Part shown: positions 58,265 to 64,000 of the stretch, one piece after another | Layout: every line of letters begins with the position of its first letter | Numbering within the stretch: the first letter of the stretch is position 1 | Virus record (IMG/VR): IMGVR_UViG_3300044675_005311 | Coordinates: 8,653-72,652 of that record | Strand: one strand, 5' to 3' | DNA length: 64,000 bases | Source of the DNA: a virus | Made by a program: the position numbers and the translations under genes | Notes under the pieces: generated by a model | What the model was told of the DNA's origin: nothing | The model's input: only the letters and a program-made list of their open reading frames with translations | Database searches by the model: none

Positions 58265-58680
58265 AGTTTTATTGCGAAAGGTTTGATGTGTGACAATTCT
58301 TCTTTACAATATGTCACCAATGCGTTGTAGACCTTGATAGCGGTCAATCGGTCTTTGGTGGTCGGTACACCCCCGAAAAACATATAAAGTTTGTTGGTGT
58401 TTACTTCGTACCCGCCAAACCCAAATTGTCGCTTGGGTGCTTTAAGCGGTGTAGCGCGATAAGGAGTCAATATCGTAAAGGGCATATTTGATTCAATAAA
58501 TGTCACCATACCAAAGTAACGACCATCAACAACGATTTCCTTGCCTCCCTCAAAAGTTGATTTATTCATCTTCACCAATAGGTCGGTAAGGTCGCGTTCG
58601 TAAAATCCAAGGGTGTCTTTATCCAAGACTTTTTTCATTGGAAAGTCGGTAATATCAAATTTGCTTTTCGTGGTTTCCAT
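58261..58680 (-). CDS. Hypothetical protein
   Basis: Start ATG 58680; operator overlaps the start; promoter at 58701-58708. Confidence 0.6.
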   Translation of the reverse strand: METTKSKFDITDFPMKKVLDKDTLGFYERDLTDLLVKMNKSTFEGGKEIVVDGRYFGMVTFIESNMPFTILTPYRATPLKAPKRQFGFGGYEVNTNKLYMFFGGVPTTKDRLTAIKVYNALVTYCKEELSHIKPFAIKL

Positions 58681-58716
58681 TATTTTTGAGAATAACAATT
58701 CAAATATACAACTTTT

Positions 58717-59490
58717 TTATTTGGTTGTATCATTTTCTAAAGTTTCTTCTTCGCCAAACACCAATTGCTTGTACTCAAATCCGCGCTCATCTAGGTAGGC
58801 ATACACCTTTTTCCGATTTTCCATCGTGTCACGATAGTAGATACAATCCGTTCGGTAGGCTTCAAAGTCTTTGCCCAACACCATTGACAATTCACCCATC
58901 ATTTCGTAACACTTATATCTTATCCATCGGTAGATTGACTTGAGCCTATCATCCTCCGCTTCTATCGTCAAATTCGTTGACTTAACCCCCTCCTTATAAT
59001 TTTCGTAGGTAAAACTCCTTCCAAGAACGGCTAATGACGCTAATCGAACAACTTTAAATTTTGGGTCTTTGCATTTTTCCATCAAGCGTTCCGAAATAAT
59101 TCCCAAGTTGTAAGCGATTACCCAATATGCACTATTCACATCCGTACCCGTCACTTCGCCATACGAGTCATCATAATCGTAGTTGGTTACGTTCACGGGT
59201 AATTTTTGTGGCAACTTAAAATTGGGATTGGTTTCCAAGTATCGCATCACATCTAGTTTCACCGCATTAAAAATCCACAATTGGTTAGTAGCGAAATTGA
59301 TGTTGTTGGCTTTCACCCGTGGCTTGTACACATACTCCACACCATCGGTGACAACGCTAACCATATAATTGGTCTTACGGAAGAAGAAGTCCTTTTTGGA
59401 TTTCTTGAGCCTATCTAATAAGATTTCGTAGTTCGCGTTCTTTTTGAAAACTTGGGTTACAATATCAAGTTGGTCTTTTTTCTTGGTCAT
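58717..59490 (-). CDS. Miniature family-B DNA polymerase palm-like protein
   Basis: GTDVNSAYW (motif A-like), KVVRLASLAVLG (B-like), YRTDCIYY (C-like). Confidence 0.45.
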   Translation of the reverse strand: MTKKKDQLDIVTQVFKKNANYEILLDRLKKSKKDFFFRKTNYMVSVVTDGVEYVYKPRVKANNINFATNQLWIFNAVKLDVMRYLETNPNFKLPQKLPVNVTNYDYDDSYGEVTGTDVNSAYWVIAYNLGIISERLMEKCKDPKFKVVRLASLAVLGRSFTYENYKEGVKSTNLTIEAEDDRLKSIYRWIRYKCYEMMGELSMVLGKDFEAYRTDCIYYRDTMENRKKVYAYLDERGFEYKQLVFGEEETLENDTTK

Positions 59491-59541
59491 CTTTATTTAT
59501 TTTCAAAGATAACAAAGAAATGTAAAAAGTCAAGCGGAATT

Positions 59542-60594
59542 TTAGATTTCTCCGCCCCGTTTGAACTTGCTTAACGCTAAGTTGGTTTGCTCGGTGATTT
59601 CCTTAATACGCGCCTTTAATTCTTTGGCATCATAAACACCTTTTTCAAAATATCCATCCGCCGTCGCAAGCAATTTGTCTTGCTTGTCCATAATTTCTTT
59701 GATATTCTCTTGACGTTGCAACGCTTCGGTCTTCACTTCGGTGGCGGGGGCTTCTTTCGTCTTAGGACGTTCACGGAGGCGCATCGACCTTTCTTTAGAT
59801 TTTTTACGACGTTCCGACGCTAACTCTTTTTTACGCGCAATTACATCCTTTAATCTAGCACGTCTTTGTTCTTGGGTTTCTTTTGGTATTTCAAAACCAA
59901 CACTTTCTTCGAGGCTTTCTACGGGTGGAATTTCTTGACCGCCCGCACTCAAAATAAATTGCAAAAAATAACTATCCGCGTTTCCATCATCCGTAAAACC
60001 TTTACGAACCATTACACGCCCATTCCATTCCGCGTTAGAATCATTGTCGATTACTTCACGAATACCCTCATAGATTTCGTTTACTTGGGTGGCTTCGTAT
60101 TGGTAGTCTTGTAAGTTGAATATCCCCGTTGAACCAAATTCACCCGCATTGATTTCTACACGCAAAGGTTGTGGTACGGACGCTCTTAGGTCAACATCTA
60201 AATAGTCATCCAAGTCCGCCCACATAATACCCGTGATTTCACCAACGGGAATAAAGAGTGGGTTATAGTATTGCGTAGGTGACGTTGTTGTGAGTGCTTC
60301 TACAACATACTCACGAATTTGTTTTACCAACACATCCCTAGGATTCAATCCTCGGAATACGGGTAACACCATTGTTTTAACGAACTCTAAAGTTTCCTTT
60401 TCGTTCTTGTATATTTTTTGACTCTTGAACTCACGGGTGGTGTGCCTAAGAAGTTTTGCTAAGAGTTTAGTCGCCCATACATCTTTTCTATCTTCAAGAG
60501 CCTTTTTTTTCTTTTCGGCTTGCTCTTGCTTTTTATCGGAAACGGGCTTTTTGATTTCCTTTGGTAAGGGTTCGGATTTTGATTTTTTAGCCAT
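59542..60594 (-). CDS. Hypothetical protein with basic coiled coils; terminal FKRGG motif
   Basis: 350-aa ORF; promoter TACTTTTG at 60605-60612. Confidence 0.7.
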   Translation of the reverse strand: MAKKSKSEPLPKEIKKPVSDKKQEQAEKKKKALEDRKDVWATKLLAKLLRHTTREFKSQKIYKNEKETLEFVKTMVLPVFRGLNPRDVLVKQIREYVVEALTTTSPTQYYNPLFIPVGEITGIMWADLDDYLDVDLRASVPQPLRVEINAGEFGSTGIFNLQDYQYEATQVNEIYEGIREVIDNDSNAEWNGRVMVRKGFTDDGNADSYFLQFILSAGGQEIPPVESLEESVGFEIPKETQEQRRARLKDVIARKKELASERRKKSKERSMRLRERPKTKEAPATEVKTEALQRQENIKEIMDKQDKLLATADGYFEKGVYDAKELKARIKEITEQTNLALSKFKRGGEI

Positions 60595-60785
60595 AGGGGG
60601 AGAGCAAAAGTAATTTAGATTTTTGTTTTTCTATAAAATATTTTCAAAAACCAAACAATCCTCCCTCCAAACAATTCGTAATCAATCAACTAATTAGGCA
60701 AATATATGAAAGTAAAATATCATCTTTTCGTGTATTTTAAGCACTTTATACTTGTAGATATGAAACCTAACCTTATATTTGCATC

Positions 60786-60859
60786 CTTGTAAGTCAATAG
60801 GGAGGCTTCGGATATTTTTCAATCACAAAAAAAGGGGGGTGTTAAACCTCCCTTTTTTT
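60786..60859 (+). ncRNA. Candidate small RNA (~75 nt)
   Basis: Promoter TATATTTG at 60774-60781, no ORF, terminator AAAAAAAGGGGGGT/ACCTCCCTTTTTTT. Confidence 0.45.
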
Positions 60860-60879
60860 ATTTCTCGTATTTTTGCCTT

Positions 60880-61296
60880 ATGACTACATTATTGCTAATC
60901 GTCTTAGCGGGATTTTTCAACGCCATTATGGACACCCTATTCACTCACTACAATCAAAGTATCTTCAAGAACTTGAACCCTTTGTTTTGGAATCCCGAAG
61001 TGTCTTGGCAAAACAAGTGGGCGCAACCTTTTTCCCAACCCTACGAACCCAAGTGGTATTACTTTGGTTTTCCCCCGCCATACAAAGAACGCTTTCCCTA
61101 CTCTAGCACAATTTTCGTATTCTTAACCGACGCGTGGCACTTAGCCAAGGCGTTGATGTTGGCTTGTATTATGGGCGGTATAGTCCTTTATGAACCAATA
61201 TTGGGCGGGTGGGGTGACTTCTTCTTGTACTATTGCTCATTCACGTTTACGTTCACGATGTTTTACACCTATATTTTCCTCGGTCAAAAACCTTAA
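60880..61296 (+). CDS. Multi-TM membrane protein
   Basis: NAIMD...SW.NKW...TDAWHLAK. Confidence 0.7.
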   Translation: MTTLLLIVLAGFFNAIMDTLFTHYNQSIFKNLNPLFWNPEVSWQNKWAQPFSQPYEPKWYYFGFPPPYKERFPYSSTIFVFLTDAWHLAKALMLACIMGGIVLYEPILGGWGDFFLYYCSFTFTFTMFYTYIFLGQKP

Positions 61297-61305
61297 ATTT
61301 GCTCT

Positions 61306-61953
61306 ATGGGATTTTTTGCAAACTTAATTACCGACCCTTATAAGCCAAGTAACGGCAAGTGGTTATTCGTTGGCGATTCACAAACCAATAAAATGGCGAC
61401 CAACTATGTTGCGCAATTGAAAAATTCCGTAGGCTTTACCAATTTCAAAATCGTTCAAAAGGATGGTGCTACAACCGATTGGATTCTTGCCGAACTCAAA
61501 AAGGAATTGGCTAGTAACCCTACCTACGACTATGTGGTGGTATGGGGTGGTTACAATGATATGTACGGGCGTGTATTACCCGAAAGGGCAAGAGTAACCG
61601 CCATCGCTAATATCAAGCAAATGGTATCTCTTATAAGGGCGGGCAAGGGCGCATTCGGATTGCCTCGAAAAGCAATTGTTGTCAACTTGCATTGCGACTC
61701 GTTAAGAGCGGAGAGTGCGCGATTTGCAAACAACGAGGCTCAAACCTCACTATTGTATGCCGACATTTTGAAGTCGGGTGCAAACTACGTTGTTCCAACA
61801 CGCGCTATCACGGGCGGTTGCCCCAAAGACTTAAACGCTTTGAAAACCAATCGCGCTACCTATTGTACCAAGGGCGACCCTATATGTCACCTTAACTCCG
61901 TTGGCAATAAAGCCATCGCTACTAACATCGCACAAAAACTCAAATGGATTTAA
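61306..61953 (+). CDS. SGNH/GDSL hydrolase
   Basis: FVGDSQT, GATT, WGGYND, DPICHLN. Confidence 0.8.
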   Translation: MGFFANLITDPYKPSNGKWLFVGDSQTNKMATNYVAQLKNSVGFTNFKIVQKDGATTDWILAELKKELASNPTYDYVVVWGGYNDMYGRVLPERARVTAIANIKQMVSLIRAGKGAFGLPRKAIVVNLHCDSLRAESARFANNEAQTSLLYADILKSGANYVVPTRAITGGCPKDLNALKTNRATYCTKGDPICHLNSVGNKAIATNIAQKLKWI

Positions 61954-62561
61954 GAAATGTCGTAATAGCGTTGGGTGTAGTAGTCGGCATTTATATTGCT
62001 ACTACTTTGACCAAGATAAACCCCAAGGGCAAGCGTGTCGCCGTCATCGGTGATTCGCATTCCGCATTGTTCGGAAATGGTTGGCAAGACACTCTTGCTT
62101 CAAAATACAACTTTAAATTACAAAACCTCGCTATCGGTGGTAAGTCAACACCTTGGATGGTGACGACATTAAGTAAATTCTACAAAGACGGCAACAAAGC
62201 GGACATCGTATTTATTTATGGGGGCGCAAACGATTCATTTAGTTTGGTTAAATCAAGCGATACTCTTAAAAACATTCAAACAATGGTGGACTTGGTTCGT
62301 TCCAAAGGGGGTAAGCCAATTGTAATAGCGGGATTCAATTATGAAAAAGCGGTTAAACCTAAAGTGGTTGAGAAATACGATGAGGGTATTGCCAAATTTA
62401 TGAAATTGCAAGACGACATAAAGTCTAATATCAAGGGCGCAACAATTGTCGCCCGTTGGGAAGAGGTCGATGCAAAAAGCACGGGCGGTGATGGTTTCCA
62501 TTTGCCAAAATCTAGTCAAACGCTATTTGCGGATTACGTTGCTAAAAAGGTATTTATATGA
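61944..62561 (+). CDS. Membrane-anchored SGNH/GDSL hydrolase
   Basis: TM, IGDSHS, AIGG, YGGAND, DGFHL. Confidence 0.85.
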   Translation: MDLRNVVIALGVVVGIYIATTLTKINPKGKRVAVIGDSHSALFGNGWQDTLASKYNFKLQNLAIGGKSTPWMVTTLSKFYKDGNKADIVFIYGGANDSFSLVKSSDTLKNIQTMVDLVRSKGGKPIVIAGFNYEKAVKPKVVEKYDEGIAKFMKLQDDIKSNIKGATIVARWEEVDAKSTGGDGFHLPKSSQTLFADYVAKKVFI

Positions 62562-63229
62562 ACGCGGAACAAAAGAAAATATTAGCCATTGGCGTAGTAG
62601 TCGCGGGTGTGGTTATCGGCGCAAGTTTTGCGGGTTCACCAATTATTTCTTTGGGAACTAAAAGTCGCAAATACAAGTATAGCAAGTACCCTTTATTGTG
62701 GGATGTCGTACTCCAAGGTGAGGCTAAAACATTTAACGACTACAATTATTATACATCAAGCGGATTGGTGTCACGGGTGAACGCTAAGAACACTTTGCCA
62801 TTTAGCAATAAACTCCTTACCGAAATGACGATAGGAGAGGTTATGGGCTATCAAAATCAATCTAGGTCGGGTATGGGTCAACTATGGGCGACGGGTCAAT
62901 TCCAAGTTATTCCAAGTACTCTTAAAGGTATGTATGCAAAAGCGGGATTAAACTTGGATTCGGTGTACAATGAAAAAAACCAACAAAAGATTGCCGATGC
63001 TTTGATTGATGCGGAAAGTATATTGCCTAAATACTTGAATCGTAAAATTGAAGATACGGACGCAAACTTAAAAAGGGCATCATTGGATATTGCAACGATA
63101 TGGTCAAGTTTGGGAATACCTTACGCAACCAACGGGCGTGCATACAATCAATCGTACTATTCTAAGGATAGGGCAAGTGTAGACACCGCCGATGTTCAAG
63201 CGGTGTTACGCAAACAACGGAATGGGTAA
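62558..63229 (+). CDS. TM-anchored lysozyme-like muramidase
   Basis: QGEA..DYN, LTEMTIGEV, ATGQFQVIPSTLK, NQQKIA, WSSL. Confidence 0.75.
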   Translation: MNAEQKKILAIGVVVAGVVIGASFAGSPIISLGTKSRKYKYSKYPLLWDVVLQGEAKTFNDYNYYTSSGLVSRVNAKNTLPFSNKLLTEMTIGEVMGYQNQSRSGMGQLWATGQFQVIPSTLKGMYAKAGLNLDSVYNEKNQQKIADALIDAESILPKYLNRKIEDTDANLKRASLDIATIWSSLGIPYATNGRAYNQSYYSKDRASVDTADVQAVLRKQRNG

Positions 63230-63230
63230 T

Positions 63231-63584
63231 CTACAATAACTTTTGCAAGTCTTCTCTAAGTTTATCGAACGTAAGCATTGACGCTTCAAAGGCGCAATAA
63301 TCCAAAACATCCAAGTTTTTAGATTCAATTTGAGTTTCAATATTTTTCATTGCAACTTCAAATCCACTAATCAAAATTCTCCTATGAAATGTATTGCTTG
63401 CGTTTTCAACGGAATGTAGGAGTGCGCCTCCCATTCCGATAACTCGTGTTTCGCAACACTTCAAATAGTTAAAACTAACACCCTCGTCGTCGTAGGTGTA
63501 AAATTGCTCTTTGGATTCATACTCGTGCCAAATTTGTTCTAGTGCTTCGGCTACTACATTGATAAGGTTGTCGTTTGATTTCAT
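63231..63584 (-). CDS. Hypothetical protein
   Basis: ORF convergent on lysozyme gene. Confidence 0.55.
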   Translation of the reverse strand: MKSNDNLINVVAEALEQIWHEYESKEQFYTYDDEGVSFNYLKCCETRVIGMGGALLHSVENASNTFHRRILISGFEVAMKNIETQIESKNLDVLDYCAFEASMLTFDKLREDLQKLL

Positions 63585-63794
63585 CTTATGGTGTCTTAAA
63601 TACAAAACAAACTAACATCACAAACCCTTGATTTACAAGCGAAACTTAGTGAATGACACTTTTTTGTTTGTAAATTATGGTTATTATAAAAAATAATCAT
63701 AAATCGTATATAATTCGGATATTTACGTCTATATTCGTATCGCTTTTGAAGTTCTCTTGAGTGGTGTCAAGAGAGGATTGTTTCATCATAGAGA

Positions 63795-63822
63795 AAGGGG
63801 TAAGAGGTTGCCCCTTTTTTTT
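63795..63822 (+). terminator. Intrinsic terminator
   Basis: AAAGGGGTAA/TTGCCCCTTT stem plus T run. Confidence 0.6.
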
Positions 63823-63834
63823 TATCTTTGAATT

Positions 63835-64000
63835 ATGAAAGTTTATTCAATTAACGATAGCACCAATGTTCGCGATAACAATTATGTCAACAACGGGTTC
63901 TTCATCAATAATGTATTCGTAAGGGTTTATGGCAAGAACAAATTGTTGGGTAAGGTCAGTAAGGTCGTGAATGACTATTTCTACGAAGAGGAGCAGAGAG
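63835..64000 (+). CDS. Hypothetical protein (3' truncated)
   Basis: ATG 4 nt after TATCTTTG; frame open to window end. Confidence 0.55.
   Translation, partial: MKVYSINDSTNVRDNNYVNNGFFINNVFVRVYGKNKLLGKVSKVVNDYFYEEEQR

Noticed and set aside
56776-60613. Plus-strand ORFs overlapping the minus-strand block
   Set aside because: Shadows of RecT-block genes
1-64000. CRISPR array
   Set aside because: No regularly spaced identical 25-45-bp repeats with unique spacers; all repeats seen are coding or regulatory
1-64000. Stop-codon reassignment
   Set aside because: Standard code gives dense, coupled ORFs; TAA, TGA and TAG all terminate genes sensibly; fibre cysteines use TGT/TGC
1-64000. Eukaryotic giant virus origin
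   Set aside because: Bacteroidota promoters, intrinsic terminators, overlapping operons, RecT, RusA and peptidoglycan hydrolases indicate a bacterial host

Overview
This window looks like part of a large, probably tailless (Varidnaviria-like, internal-membrane) dsDNA virus of a Bacteroidota host. Host evidence: TAnnTTTG promoters, no Shine-Dalgarno sites, and peptidoglycan hydrolases. I saw no terminase, portal, HK97 capsid or tail-tube/sheath genes. Instead there is an A32/FtsK-type packaging ATPase next to a beta-rich putative jelly-roll capsid gene, about 30 small membrane proteins, two Cys-rich beta-helical fibres and a spike-base homolog. Layout: glycan/DNA-modification genes (0.7-7.4 kb); ParB-like gene, tRNA-Met and a GNAT gene; large modular 'polyvalent' proteins (two ADP-ribosyltransferase-like domains, a RelA/SpoT synthetase, ParB-like, KOW and winged-helix modules) whose domains are separated by a recurring [MFYL]xxGG linker; a MoxR AAA+ system; lysis genes; the morphogenesis block; a PAPS/sulfotransferase/glycosyltransferase module between the fibres; and a minus-strand block with RecT, a PD-(D/E)XK nuclease and a miniature PolB-like protein. 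Most notable signals: (1) candidate di-glycine-processed effector polyproteins with linker-bounded module shuffling; (2) near-genome-wide avoidance of CAG/CTG (plus GATC, AGCT, CATG, CCGG) with islands that escape it; (3) a repeated 18-bp palindromic operator, leaderless promoters and a candidate antisense sRNA. All family assignments come from motif recognition by eye, not database searches.
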